In this document: positions 28,015 through 38,712 of the stretch, piece after piece | How the letters are laid out: every line of letters begins with the position of its first letter | How positions within the stretch are numbered: the first letter of the stretch is position 1 | Assembly: GCA_043799675.1 (NCBI GenBank) | Contig: JAZDNN010000024.1 | Span: 7,418 to 71,417, forward strand | Direction: 5' to 3' | DNA: 64,000 nt | Source: Candidatus Aenigmatarchaeota archaeon | GTDB lineage: Archaea > Aenigmatarchaeota > Aenigmatarchaeia > Aenigmatarchaeales > JACQIB01 | Made by a program: the position numbers and the translations under genes | Notes under the pieces: model-generated | Told to the model about the DNA's origin: nothing | Database searches by the model: none | What the model saw: the letters and a program-made list of their open reading frames with translations, nothing else

Positions 28015-29829
28015 ATGAATGACAAGCAAAAACCGGGGAATGATGGGATGAGCGACGGAGAAAAACCGTTCTTTCCGCTGCTTGCGTCAGGCACGAAAGG
28101 CAAGTTTGAGACGCCGATGAAGGCCGACCTCAGCAACCAGGACAAGCCGGGAATAATCACAAGTGCCGGCAACAGTCCCTGGTCGAGCAGGCTGTTGTGG
28201 GCCGGCGAAACACTGCCGCCAAGGAGGGAGATCGGAGGCAACCAGTTCATAGCCCTGGACTACACAGGGCCGCCAGGCGAGGGAAGCGGGATCTACTACA
28301 GCCTCATGTTCCAGATGCTCAAGTGGAGATGGAACATCGTGAAGGTGGACGAGAGCATAGAGGTCAGCCCGACCCACCGCGAATACTACGAAAGGACCAT
28401 AGCCACGAAGGGGGCGCTGGAAGGGACCATCAAGGAGGGATTGCGCAGCGCGGCCCAGGCGGTGGCGGATTACGAACTCATACTGCACGACATCCGAAAA
28501 TACAAGGAGATAATGGACTACTTCGAGGCGGTCGCAAAAGCCAGGCAGACCAAGGACAAGGAGGAAAGGAAGAAGAAGGTCGCTTCGGCGGAGCATGTGC
28601 TGAAAGCAATGTACGCGGATCAGGTGGACATCCACACCGGAAACAGCAGCATCGTCCAGATGGCGCAGACGCGGTGGCCGACCATCCTTTCGGACTTCAT
28701 GCGGCTGACCGAAGACATGGACACCATGGACAGGATAAAAGGGGACCTGAAAATCAGCGGCGCGGAAGCTTTGGTGCTCAAGACCAAGAACGACCTGTTC
28801 AGGGAGTGGCTGAAAATATTCGGCCGGGCCGTCCAGGAAAGGTACGAAAGGCTGACCGGGATAACGATCGCAAGGAAGCGGTGCGTCGAGGAGTACAGGG
28901 AATGGATCAAGCCTTACGTTACCAGGTTCAAGGCGATGAAGACCGGGTCGAACCGGGAGGCGTTCAAGTCGTTCATCGACATAACCGGCCAGGCGCTGTA
29001 CAGCAACGAGATAAAGCTGTGGGCGTGGCAGCCGTACAGGGCGGTCGAGATACACAAGGCGCCGATGGTAAAATCGGGCGACTTCACTGTCGAACCCGCG
29101 GACCCGTGGACGGTTGAGCACTACATAAAATCGCAGGTCACCGGTCTCGCCCACAAGGATTATTATCCGTGGCTGCTGCAGGAGGAATCCCCGACGTTCA
29201 AGAAGGCGTCGGATTATCCGTGGCTCGCCGGATTCAGCACCGAAAAGAAGGTGACCATGGCCGACAACATGATAGCCAGGATACGGAACAACTGGAAGAA
29301 GGGGGAGATACCGTGCACGGACCCCAACGACAACTACTACCTCTTCATCACCATGGACATCGACCGGGCGGGGAGCCGGCTGCCCGTAGGAGAGCTTGAG
29401 GACATATTGTTCGACATGCGCATGCACGTCATCTCGCACAACGCGCTGCTGATAAAGATGGTGGAGCTCGACTGCCGGGAAAAGGAGATTGACAGGTACA
29501 TAGAGGAAATACTGGGCATCAAGAAGGACGACAAGAGCATAGAAGAGCTCGTCAAGAAGGAGTTCCCGGACCTGTTCGGGGTACAAAAACCGAAGGAACC
29601 GACTCAGTTCGAACTGTTCAAGAAGGAATGGAGCGACACCATAAACGGTTTCATGGCGCCGTTCAAGAGCGCGAACAAGACGCTCACGAAATCACGCCCG
29701 TGGCTGGTCAAGACCGGCCCGTACGAGACCGACTGGGACGAAAGGATAACCAAGCACTACCTCATCCCGTCCGGGCAGGTGTTCGGCATGGTCACCGGAT
29801 ACCTTATGTCGAAGATGGGCATCGAATAA
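28015..29829 (+). CDS. large hypothetical protein (604 aa)
   Basis: balanced composition; the antisense 499-aa ORF is rejected. Confidence 0.5.
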   Translation: MNDKQKPGNDGMSDGEKPFFPLLASGTKGKFETPMKADLSNQDKPGIITSAGNSPWSSRLLWAGETLPPRREIGGNQFIALDYTGPPGEGSGIYYSLMFQMLKWRWNIVKVDESIEVSPTHREYYERTIATKGALEGTIKEGLRSAAQAVADYELILHDIRKYKEIMDYFEAVAKARQTKDKEERKKKVASAEHVLKAMYADQVDIHTGNSSIVQMAQTRWPTILSDFMRLTEDMDTMDRIKGDLKISGAEALVLKTKNDLFREWLKIFGRAVQERYERLTGITIARKRCVEEYREWIKPYVTRFKAMKTGSNREAFKSFIDITGQALYSNEIKLWAWQPYRAVEIHKAPMVKSGDFTVEPADPWTVEHYIKSQVTGLAHKDYYPWLLQEESPTFKKASDYPWLAGFSTEKKVTMADNMIARIRNNWKKGEIPCTDPNDNYYLFITMDIDRAGSRLPVGELEDILFDMRMHVISHNALLIKMVELDCREKEIDRYIEEILGIKKDDKSIEELVKKEFPDLFGVQKPKEPTQFELFKKEWSDTINGFMAPFKSANKTLTKSRPWLVKTGPYETDWDERITKHYLIPSGQVFGMVTGYLMSKMGIE

Positions 29830-29927
29830 CCTTTTGCTCGCTGCTTACCGCAGCTCCAAAAGGTTAATCAAAACATTTACTGAGCCTGTTTCATAAAAGC
29901 TAAATACCAGACAGACGAACCCATGTC

Positions 29928-31559
29928 ATGGCTTATGTTTTGGGCGTGAGCACGGGAACCTTCGGGATAGCCCGGTCCGCCGACCCGGAGACCAGGCACG
30001 AATACATCGGAATCCCGAAGAAGGCGCTCTGGAGCATCACCAAGGGGGTGAACTTCGCCCAGGTGGACATGGAGAGCGTGTCCGAGTTCATCGAGCCGGA
30101 CCTTGAGAAGCAGATAGCCGCGCTTGAGAGGATAGGCATCGACGTCGGCATACACGGGGAGGCGAAGGAATACACGAGCGTGATGCCGTACCTGGACAGC
30201 GCCCTGTTCGAAGAGTGGCACCGGAGCCATGACAGGCTGATAAAGTCCCTCACCGGCGCCGGAAAGGACATCCATGCGAAATACTTTTTGCTTCACAGCT
30301 CGGCGAGCACCAGCTGGCAGACGCTCTGGCACGAGTTCCAGCCTACTAATCTGGCCGACATCTGGGGGCGCAGGCTGGACAAGTTCCTTGAGGACAATCC
30401 GGACGTGCAGGAATGGGCGATATCCTCGGAAAGGGTGATGGAGGTCGCCGGCCACCGGACAACCATCATGCCGAAAATTGAGGACCAGAAGAAGGAAGCG
30501 TTCGAGAACTACGTGGAAAGATGGAAACAAGGGCACGAGGGGAAGGAGCTCAGCTCCGATGAGCTTTCAAAAATGAAGAAGGAAGCGGAAGAGGCGACGG
30601 TGGAACAGTTCAAGCGGATACTGGAAAAATTTGTCACCACCTCCGAGCAGACCTACGGAAGCGAAAGGGTGGCCTACTATTGCATCGGGTACTGGATGCA
30701 GGAAGGAAGGAGATGCCCGGTACAGCTGAGGGAAATCTGGAAGAGCATCTGCGGAAGGGGAAATGTATCAGATCATAAATGGGCGGAGGCGGCGGGAGGG
30801 AACAACTGGGTCCCGGCGGTGACTTGCGCTTATACCTGGGGTCACTTCAACCCGGACAAGTGCCCGTCATGGCCGAGCGACCTGAAGAGGCCGGAAGACC
30901 CGAAGCCCATCCTCGAAAAATACAACCTGCTGTTCGTACTTGAAACCCCGGTCGCGGGGGCGGGCGAGGAGGAGCTGCTGAGGCTTGCCAAGCCCACTCA
31001 CATCTACGCACTGGTCAAGAATATGGGCTCGCCGAATGTCGGGGTGGCGTGGGACTCTGAACACCAGCTCTGCGGGGGGATAGACCCGATGAAGGAGGCG
31101 GACAGCCTGCCCGACGGGGCGGGAAAGATGGTAAGGGTGATACACGTCGGGTATCCGGCGGTCCTTGGGCCGGCGCACGTCCCGATACCGCTGGGGAGCG
31201 AGGCGCAGGAATACATCTACAGGATGCTGTGGAAGCTCCGCAAGAAGGGTTTCAAGGACGGGTGGATAATATTCGAACGGGGCGCCGGGCAGGAACCTGT
31301 CAAAGAAAGCGTTATCTCCCTGAGAAAGATAATCGAGTTCCTGGACAAGGAAATCGTTCCTGAAAAGCTGCCTGACGAATTCTACGGGATGGAGAAGGGC
31401 GGGGTGAGGCTGACCAGGCAGGAAGTGGCCATAAAGGACCACGCGATGGACCCGCTGAAAGGGCTGCTGGTGATACCGGAGGAGGAATACGGGTTCCTTT
31501 CAACCGCAGCGGCGGCCAAGGGCAAACTTGAGGAATGGAAGAAGGCCGAGCTGAAGTGA
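29928..31559 (+). CDS. hypothetical protein (543 aa), possibly TIM-barrel-like
   Basis: segments reminiscent of xylose isomerase-like barrels (VRVIHVGYP, WIIFE); weak. Confidence 0.4.
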   Translation: MAYVLGVSTGTFGIARSADPETRHEYIGIPKKALWSITKGVNFAQVDMESVSEFIEPDLEKQIAALERIGIDVGIHGEAKEYTSVMPYLDSALFEEWHRSHDRLIKSLTGAGKDIHAKYFLLHSSASTSWQTLWHEFQPTNLADIWGRRLDKFLEDNPDVQEWAISSERVMEVAGHRTTIMPKIEDQKKEAFENYVERWKQGHEGKELSSDELSKMKKEAEEATVEQFKRILEKFVTTSEQTYGSERVAYYCIGYWMQEGRRCPVQLREIWKSICGRGNVSDHKWAEAAGGNNWVPAVTCAYTWGHFNPDKCPSWPSDLKRPEDPKPILEKYNLLFVLETPVAGAGEEELLRLAKPTHIYALVKNMGSPNVGVAWDSEHQLCGGIDPMKEADSLPDGAGKMVRVIHVGYPAVLGPAHVPIPLGSEAQEYIYRMLWKLRKKGFKDGWIIFERGAGQEPVKESVISLRKIIEFLDKEIVPEKLPDEFYGMEKGGVRLTRQEVAIKDHAMDPLKGLLVIPEEEYGFLSTAAAAKGKLEEWKKAELK

Positions 31560-31571
31560 TCCGCGCTCTAT

Positions 31572-32036
31572 CTATGTGAAGAGACTAATGATATCAACGA
31601 GCTGGATCGCCCACCAGAAAAACAGTCCCGTATTTATCAACGCACCGATGCCGCAGACAGCCACGTCCCTTTTCGAAAAGACGTTGAGATTATTACTTGC
31701 CTTGGTAACGGCGCTGTAGCCCAGGATGGCACCCAGCCCCCAACATACGGGCGGGAAGATGAACAGGCCGATGATGGCAAGGAACCATGCGGCAGATGAT
31801 GTTCCCAGCACGCCATTTCTCATCGCGGGAGACGGCTTCTGCGGCGCATTAGTGGCAGCAGGAGCCGCCTGAGCCTGCGCCTTCGACGTCCCGAACACCT
31901 TGTCAGCGTCGCCCTTGCAATAAAGTTTGCCCCCGATCTCTACCGAGCATTTCTTGCAGATTCCTTCTCCGCATTCGCGGCAGACGCCGACGGCATTGAC
32001 CTTGGGATGCTTGTAACACTTCATGTTGCCACACAC
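31572..32036 (-). CDS. zinc-ribbon membrane protein
   Basis: N-terminal C4 ribbon CYKHP..CREC..CKKC then 3 TM helices. Confidence 0.5.
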   Translation of the reverse strand: MCGNMKCYKHPKVNAVGVCRECGEGICKKCSVEIGGKLYCKGDADKVFGTSKAQAQAAPAATNAPQKPSPAMRNGVLGTSSAAWFLAIIGLFIFPPVCWGLGAILGYSAVTKASNNLNVFSKRDVAVCGIGALINTGLFFWWAIQLVDIISLFT

Positions 32037-32092
32037 TTAATGGCGAAAGCCCGCTTAAATATCTTATTTTACATTCACACCCGCAATAATCT

Positions 32093-33013
32093 TCACTTTT
32101 GTGCCGTAAGGTTCAGGCAGATTCCTTTCATGCCGTATTCCGTGCTCTTTATTTCGTTACAGAGAGCTGTGTCCCTGTTTTCGATTGCGTACCATTGGAT
32201 GCACAGGTCCTGCTGGATATCGATATTCTCCATGGCGCAGGAAATGTCGCATGTGATTTTCCGGCATTGCGTCCAATCCCTGGTCGCCTTGGCCTTGCAA
32301 AAGCCCTTGGTCTTCGGCATGCCGGTAAGGTCGCATACGGAAACATCCCCCGTGGCGAGCGCATAGGCCCTGATGCAATCCTCCTCGCCAAACGTGGTCG
32401 AGTTGAACAGTTGGTATACCAGATTGCAGGCGCCTGGGTTCCTGAATTCGGCTGCAATCTTTGCCACGCATCCGGCAATCTTGCCTTCGCGCGACCATCC
32501 GTTCACATCAACAACCGGCTCGGCCATCAGGCGGCTGCAATTGCTCCTGACCGCCTGCTCGAGCTTTGCCTTCTCCAACATCGTGTCGAGTATGGAAATG
32601 CTGGTCCTCGCAACCACGGTCCCGCTGCCGCCCCTTATTGTAAGAAGCTCGACCGTGTATTTTCCCGGCCCAAGGTCGCGATAATATTTGTTTGCTTCCA
32701 CCCAATCGACCGCCTTTGCAGTGAACGTTTCATACACCGGCATGGTCACAAATCCGTTCGCATCGATGACCCTGAACCCGTAGGTTGTCCCTTCAGGAAG
32801 CCCTTTTTGCTGGAGAAAGAACCATTCGCCCGTTCCGAGGGATGTCACCGCATTATGGTCGTTGTTCAGGACGAACACCCCGACGCCGGGTGAGATGCCA
32901 TCGGAAACGGTCAGGTTCAATCCCGGCGGTAGCGTGGCGGGTATCATGCCGTTGAGGATGAACAACGCCAGAGGTATGAAAACAACGCACAGAAGCAGAT
33001 ACTTCTTTTTCAC
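32093..33013 (-). CDS. secreted Cys-rich protein
   Basis: signal peptide; C-terminal Cys cluster. Confidence 0.45.
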   Translation of the reverse strand: MKKKYLLLCVVFIPLALFILNGMIPATLPPGLNLTVSDGISPGVGVFVLNNDHNAVTSLGTGEWFFLQQKGLPEGTTYGFRVIDANGFVTMPVYETFTAKAVDWVEANKYYRDLGPGKYTVELLTIRGGSGTVVARTSISILDTMLEKAKLEQAVRSNCSRLMAEPVVDVNGWSREGKIAGCVAKIAAEFRNPGACNLVYQLFNSTTFGEEDCIRAYALATGDVSVCDLTGMPKTKGFCKAKATRDWTQCRKITCDISCAMENIDIQQDLCIQWYAIENRDTALCNEIKSTEYGMKGICLNLTAQK

Positions 33014-33122
33014 ATGCCTGATTTACAGATGCCGGCTTAAAAATGCGGCCACCGCTAAAGCGTGTGATAAAGCAGGACCGATGTAAAAGCCATTTAAAAG
33101 GATAGCTGCCATATTTGGTTCG

Positions 33123-34604
33123 ATGAGCAGACCAAAAAAGAAAACGGTGAAAAAGCAGAAAACGATGCTCCCCAACGTGCCGGCCGAGCTGGCGGAAAAG
33201 GCGAACATAGGATTCAGTGATATGGGCAGCGAAGCTGCCAAGGACGGCATTGCCGCCAAGGGCGGACATGCCATGAAGGGCAAGCAGCCGGTCGGGCAGA
33301 AGCTCAGGAAGTTCTCGCTGGAGACGAGGCTGAAAAGCTCGAACGAGTTCACGGACAAGGTCGTCAAGACGTTCAAGGACTACATCAAATCCGTGGTGGT
33401 TTGGGGTTCAATAACGAGAGGGGACTTCACCGGCAAGAGCGACGTCGATTTGTACGTGATATTTGATGATACCAAAATGCCGCTGAAAAAGTTTGATGAA
33501 CTGAGGGAGAAGATAGACAAGGACCTGTACAAGATGGCTTCCGATACCGACCCGAGGCTGCACGTACAGCCTGTGCTTGCCCTTACCGAGTTCTGGGACG
33601 GAATAAGAACCTGCCATCCCCTGTTCTACAACATCGTCAGGGAAGGGTATGCACTTCATGATACCGGATTCTTCATCCCGATGAGGAAACTGCTTGAGTG
33701 GGGCAAGTTCCCCGCGACCATGGAAGCGGCCGAAATCAGGATGGAAGGGGTGCCGAAGAGGATAAGCAGAGTCCAATCGGTCAAGCTGTACATGATTGCC
33801 GAGGACCTGTACTATGCAATCACCGATGCCGCGCAGAGCGTGCTGATGTACGTCGGGGTCGGGCCGCCGGCACCGAAGGTCCTGGCGAAGGAAGTGAGGA
33901 AGCACCTGGTCGAGACCAAGCTGCTGGAAGAGGAATGGGCGAAGCTGATTGAGGATGTCATGAGCTTCAGGAAGGCGGTGGAGCACAAGGAAATCAAGGA
34001 AATCACCGGGCAGGAGCTGGACAATTGGATAGCAAGGACGGACAAGTACGTCAAGAGGATGGGGGGGCTGCTGGACAACCTGGAGATCGAAAGAAAGGCA
34101 TATGACATCAAGAAGAATTACGAGGTCATGATAAAGGCGAGCGTGGCGGCATTGAAGGCAATCAACAAGCTACCGCCTGAGCCGGAAAAGCTGCCCGCAG
34201 CGTTCAAGAAATACCTGATCGAACCCGGGCTGGTGGCTCCATGGTATTCGGAGGTTTTCGGAAAGGTCATCGAGATGCGGAAGATGCTCGAGGACAAGAA
34301 GATGACGGACATCCCCGAAAGGGACGTCTACATGAGCAAGGAGTACGTGAGACGTTTCATCATGGACGTCAGGCGGGTGGTGGAGAGCAAACGACCCGAG
34401 CAAAAGCAGATGGAGATACCTTCAGAGCCGATTGACAAGATGTCCGAGGCCGGCGCAATGATCAACACGGCCAGGGAAATCGGCATGCAGCAGGAGGCGG
34501 TCGCGGGCATGAAACTTCCTTCTTCCGCCGACAGCAAGGTCAGGAAGATAGCGGAAAAGATTGAGAAAGGCAAGAAGGAAGCGCACAAGAAGCGCGGGGA
34601 GTGA
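33123..34604 (+). CDS. nucleotidyltransferase domain protein with helical C-terminal (HEPN-like) extension
   Basis: minimal NTase motif GSITRGDFTGKSDVDLYVIFDD. Confidence 0.6.
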   Translation: MSRPKKKTVKKQKTMLPNVPAELAEKANIGFSDMGSEAAKDGIAAKGGHAMKGKQPVGQKLRKFSLETRLKSSNEFTDKVVKTFKDYIKSVVVWGSITRGDFTGKSDVDLYVIFDDTKMPLKKFDELREKIDKDLYKMASDTDPRLHVQPVLALTEFWDGIRTCHPLFYNIVREGYALHDTGFFIPMRKLLEWGKFPATMEAAEIRMEGVPKRISRVQSVKLYMIAEDLYYAITDAAQSVLMYVGVGPPAPKVLAKEVRKHLVETKLLEEEWAKLIEDVMSFRKAVEHKEIKEITGQELDNWIARTDKYVKRMGGLLDNLEIERKAYDIKKNYEVMIKASVAALKAINKLPPEPEKLPAAFKKYLIEPGLVAPWYSEVFGKVIEMRKMLEDKKMTDIPERDVYMSKEYVRRFIMDVRRVVESKRPEQKQMEIPSEPIDKMSEAGAMINTAREIGMQQEAVAGMKLPSSADSKVRKIAEKIEKGKKEAHKKRGE

Positions 34605-35419
34605 ATCCGTTGCGCATCCTGGTGATGGGGGACTTCGAGGGAAGCGTCCCGAATGGTTTGAAGAACTTTGTTAAGAGAGAGAAAATAGACTGCATGATAA
34701 GCCCCGGGGATTTCTCGGACACGGCGGAAATAAAGAAAATCGAGTTCGGCAACTGGGGCAAGAGATGGGCCGGGATTGTCGGTAAGGAAAAGGCGGAGAA
34801 ACTGATTGAAAAGTCGTTCAGGAACGGGATTGCAACGCTTAAGGTGCTTGATAATATCGGCATTCCGGTTTATTGCGTCTACGGGAACAATGACGTGTAT
34901 AGAATCGGAAATAAAAAACACCCGTTAAGCAGGAAAGTTTCAAGCATGAAAAACGTCAGGATGATCGGAGGCAAAACGGTGATGCTCGACGGCTTCACAC
35001 TGGCCGCGCACGGCGGCTACAGGGGGTTCGGGCAGAAAAAAGACAGGTTTGAGAAAGTGGATGCGAAGACCGCAAGGAAAATCGAAGACATCAGGAAAAA
35101 ATGGCGCATGCAACTGAGGAAACTGCTGGAAGGAAAGAGAAATGTCATGCTGCTCACGCACGACGTGCCGTACATGTGCAAGCTGGATATGATCCGGAAC
35201 AAGAAATCGCCGCTGGACGGCAAGCACATCGGCGACGAGCTCATCCGGGAAGCCATACTCAGGTACAAACCTGTGATTCACTTGTGCGGGCACATGCACG
35301 AGAACCAGGGAACATGCAGGGTAGGGAAAACAACGATAATCAACGGCGGTTTTGGTCGGTTGGGGCAGGCTGCAATCCTGGAACTGCCGGAAAAATCGGT
35401 AAAGTTCGTCAGTATCTGA
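34601..35419 (+). CDS. calcineurin-like metallophosphoesterase
   Basis: GDFEGS...GNND...GHMH metal-binding motifs. Confidence 0.6.
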   Translation: MNPLRILVMGDFEGSVPNGLKNFVKREKIDCMISPGDFSDTAEIKKIEFGNWGKRWAGIVGKEKAEKLIEKSFRNGIATLKVLDNIGIPVYCVYGNNDVYRIGNKKHPLSRKVSSMKNVRMIGGKTVMLDGFTLAAHGGYRGFGQKKDRFEKVDAKTARKIEDIRKKWRMQLRKLLEGKRNVMLLTHDVPYMCKLDMIRNKKSPLDGKHIGDELIREAILRYKPVIHLCGHMHENQGTCRVGKTTIINGGFGRLGQAAILELPEKSVKFVSI

Positions 35420-35658
35420 ATTGCCTGTCAAAAGTTTTGGAAAAACCGCGCCAAGCTTTTATAACGATGTTATAAGAACCCGCCGATGATAGTAAAAATA
35501 GTTTTAAAAGGGGTTAAATGTGGCCGTGGGCCGATAATCTTATATGCTAATCGGTAGATTACTAAAGGATTAAGAAAAGCTGATAAGACCAGAAGTGATC
35601 ATATGCAAGTCAACAAAGTTGACCAAACAACAATTGGCTGCCAGAGGCAGCAGGTGCT

Positions 35659-35922
35659 ATGAGTATGGGAGACACAAAAGGCATTATCGTCACCTACCAC
35701 ATCGCCTATACCAAGGAGGTGCTGGTGCGGGTGCCCGGAATCAACAGCCGCAGGGACGCGGCGAAGCTAGTGGGCAAAAGGGCGACATGGTCCGACCCTA
35801 AAGGGGAGAAATATACGGGCATGGTCAATGGATTGCACGGGACCGCAGGGACGGTGAAGGTCAAGTTCAAGAGCCCGCTTCCTCCGACAGCCTTGGCGAA
35901 GCCCATTGACATAGCGGGCTGA
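35659..35922 (+). CDS. rpl35ae: ribosomal protein L35Ae
   Basis: 87 aa L35Ae-like beta-barrel sequence. Confidence 0.6.
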   Translation: MSMGDTKGIIVTYHIAYTKEVLVRVPGINSRRDAAKLVGKRATWSDPKGEKYTGMVNGLHGTAGTVKVKFKSPLPPTALAKPIDIAG

Positions 35923-35971
35923 CAAAAACACGCCCAATACGCCGAAGCTATTTATGTAAACGGCTTTATTC

Positions 35972-38668
35972 TTGTCCATGAAAAACGGCATTGACAAAGG
36001 AAGGCTGTTTTTGTCTCTCATGGTTATAGCCGGAACGTTTCTGCTGACCGGCGTCGGGGGAGTCAGCGGTTATCTAGTCATGACCGACACCATCCAGCCT
36101 GACAGCGGCGGGAAGGACGCCCATATGATATCGGGTTCCCCAAATTTCAATTACGGTGCGGATACAGGGATGGACATAAGAGGCGACGATAACAGGCGCG
36201 CCCTGATAGAGTTCAACCTTTCGAACGCATCGGCGTACACCAACATGATTTCCGCCACCATGAGGCTTTACGCGACCGCAAAGGGGTCCGCAGACCCGGT
36301 AGTGTACGTACACAGGGTGACCAATCCGTGGGTCGAAGGCAGCGGCACGGGTTCCAAAACGGGTGACGGCGTCACATGGAACAACCGGTCCGGCTCGCAG
36401 GCATGGACTTCGTCGGGCGGCGACTACGATCAGAACATCATTACGAACACCACGGTAACGGGCACGAACGCGTGGTTCAGCTGGGACGTGACCGACCTGG
36501 TACGAGGCTGGGCAAACGGGACGTATTCCAACTACGGCCTGCTCATCAGGACGAACACCACCAGCAGCGCCACGACCACCTTTTCCACCAGCGACAACGC
36601 GAATTCGAGCAGGCGGCCCGTCCTTGAAATAAGGTATTTCATACCCCTCAATATCGGTTTTGTGAGCCCGACCCCCGACAGCGGGAGCACGGTGAACCAG
36701 ACATGGGTGTATGTCAACGTGACCCTGTCCAACGGCAACGCCACTGCGGCAAAACTGGAGTTCAACGGGACAAACTACACGATGAGCAACGCCTCCGCAA
36801 CACCCGGCGTCAGGTGGTTCTACAACAAGACAAACATGGCCAACGGGAACTACACGTACAGGGTCTATGCCAATGACACCGATAACAGGGTTTTCTATAA
36901 TTCCTCGGTCAGGACCGTCACCGTCAATGTCTATACGGATTCCACACCGCCGCAATGGAGCAATGCAAACAGTTCAACACCGGCAACATATTCGACAACT
37001 TCATCATCGTTCAACGTCGCATGGACAGACAATGCAGGCATCTCCATTGCGCTGTTCGAATCGAACTACAGCGGAACGGCAACGAATTACACCATGTCCG
37101 GCTCCGGCACCTACAGCTATAGCGCCGTATTGCCGGCCGGGACGTTCTACTGGAAGAGCTATGCGAACGATACCAGCGGTAACCGGAACAGCACGGGCAT
37201 TCGGTACTTCACAATAGGCAGGGCAGACAACCCCGTCAACCTTTACCTGAACGGAAACAGGAACAGCAATATTACGATCGCTTACGGAACGCAATCCAAC
37301 GCCACGGGAACTGCCCAAGCAGGAACCGCGACCATGTTCAGAAACGATGCTTCAATCGGCAACCCTGAAACGGCCATATTCGGTGTCAACGCTGCCGGAC
37401 ATGCATACAAGGTCAACGCCACCGGAAACGCCAACTACTCAGATAACACCACCGGCATCACATATTACCTGATTATCAGCAAGGCGGCCTCGGCAGCTTC
37501 GTTGACGTTTTCACCGGCCTCGCCGGTCTCATATGGCACCGCGACAACTGCAAGATGTTCTTCAACAAATCCGGAAGGTGCGGCCAGGCTTTACAGGGAC
37601 GGCACGGATGTGACGACCGAGAACAATACCGCAATAATCCTTGGCGCAGGCACTTACGGGTATGTGTGCAACGCCAGTGCAACGCAGAACTACACGGCTG
37701 CAAACAGCAACAGCAGCTACGTTGTGAACAAGGCGGCCACAACTACAGCCTTGTTAATAGACGGGACACAGGCCGACAAGACCGTGACCTACGGCACGCA
37801 AACCAACGTGACGGCAACGACGTCCACCGGATCGTTGACACTTTACAGGAACGGGCTGGTCGTATCCAATCCTGACATCACAAACCTCGGGAACGGAACG
37901 TACAACTACACGGCATACAACTACGGAAATGCCAACTTTTCCGGCAGCTCGGTGACACGATGGGTGACCGTGGGCAGCATGACCTCATCCGTCCTGCTCA
38001 TGCTCGACGGGCAGCAGGCCGACCTGTCCGTGACCGCGGGGGATTCGGTCAACATAACCGCGGTTCTGGTCTCGCCTGCGGCAGGGAACCTGAACCTGGC
38101 CATGGACGGCACGACCATCGATTCCGGCCCGTCGCCGCTGCAGAACATCACACTCTTTGCTAATGCAGGCACGTTTTTCATCAATGCGAGCTATGCGGGC
38201 AACGCCAACTATACCCCGGCCAACGCGGGCCTGTACGTGACGGTGCAGAACTCAAAAGCACCCTCCAAAAAAGCGCTAGTGGTCCAGGCGGGCCCGGACG
38301 CGTGCCTGAGATGCCCGCCCCTGACCGACTGGTCCGCATGCGCTGACGGGAAGCAGACAAGGACCGCCTATGATTGCGCCAGCACCACCGCCTATCGCTG
38401 CATCCCGAGGACCGAGGAAAACGCCTGCACCAATCCTGCGCCCCCGATAGTCCAGGAAAACCGGCCGGCCCAGACCGCGCAAGGGGCAGCCGGAAATGCC
38501 AACAATCCGGCGGGCGGGACCGCCCCGCTGGCCGCAGTGACGGGCGCGGCAGGCGCCATGCCGGGCCTGGAACTGATTGCCGGCCTGGCAATCCTGGCCG
38601 GAGGCATAGGGCTGGTCTGGATGAGGCGTACACGGCATCCGCACAGACCGTCAAAAAGGCCCCGCTGA
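35972..38668 (+). CDS. large surface glycoprotein with DNRLRE-like domain, many N-x-S/T sequons, C-terminal TM anchor
   Basis: signal anchor; GDDNRRALIEFNL; more than 40 N-x-T/S sites; C-terminal PGLELIAGLAILAGGIGLVW-MRRTRH resembles PGF-CTERM sorting signals. Confidence 0.6.
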   Translation: MSMKNGIDKGRLFLSLMVIAGTFLLTGVGGVSGYLVMTDTIQPDSGGKDAHMISGSPNFNYGADTGMDIRGDDNRRALIEFNLSNASAYTNMISATMRLYATAKGSADPVVYVHRVTNPWVEGSGTGSKTGDGVTWNNRSGSQAWTSSGGDYDQNIITNTTVTGTNAWFSWDVTDLVRGWANGTYSNYGLLIRTNTTSSATTTFSTSDNANSSRRPVLEIRYFIPLNIGFVSPTPDSGSTVNQTWVYVNVTLSNGNATAAKLEFNGTNYTMSNASATPGVRWFYNKTNMANGNYTYRVYANDTDNRVFYNSSVRTVTVNVYTDSTPPQWSNANSSTPATYSTTSSSFNVAWTDNAGISIALFESNYSGTATNYTMSGSGTYSYSAVLPAGTFYWKSYANDTSGNRNSTGIRYFTIGRADNPVNLYLNGNRNSNITIAYGTQSNATGTAQAGTATMFRNDASIGNPETAIFGVNAAGHAYKVNATGNANYSDNTTGITYYLIISKAASAASLTFSPASPVSYGTATTARCSSTNPEGAARLYRDGTDVTTENNTAIILGAGTYGYVCNASATQNYTAANSNSSYVVNKAATTTALLIDGTQADKTVTYGTQTNVTATTSTGSLTLYRNGLVVSNPDITNLGNGTYNYTAYNYGNANFSGSSVTRWVTVGSMTSSVLLMLDGQQADLSVTAGDSVNITAVLVSPAAGNLNLAMDGTTIDSGPSPLQNITLFANAGTFFINASYAGNANYTPANAGLYVTVQNSKAPSKKALVVQAGPDACLRCPPLTDWSACADGKQTRTAYDCASTTAYRCIPRTEENACTNPAPPIVQENRPAQTAQGAAGNANNPAGGTAPLAAVTGAAGAMPGLELIAGLAILAGGIGLVWMRRTRHPHRPSKRPR

Positions 38669-38712
38669 CATAACCGCCAACGGAAGAAGGCAACGCATTT
38701 TATAAGCCAGCT

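Noticed and set aside
28087-29586. 499-aa ORF antisense to the 604-aa gene
   Set aside because: It is Leu/Arg/Pro/Val-rich with low complexity, typical of antisense frames in GC-rich DNA. The plus-strand frame has balanced protein-like composition.
36074-38693. Several long ORFs in other frames within the surface glycoprotein gene
   Set aside because: GC-rich antisense or alternative-frame artefacts with Arg/Pro/Gly-rich composition. Only the 898-aa frame has a signal peptide, sequons and a C-terminal anchor.
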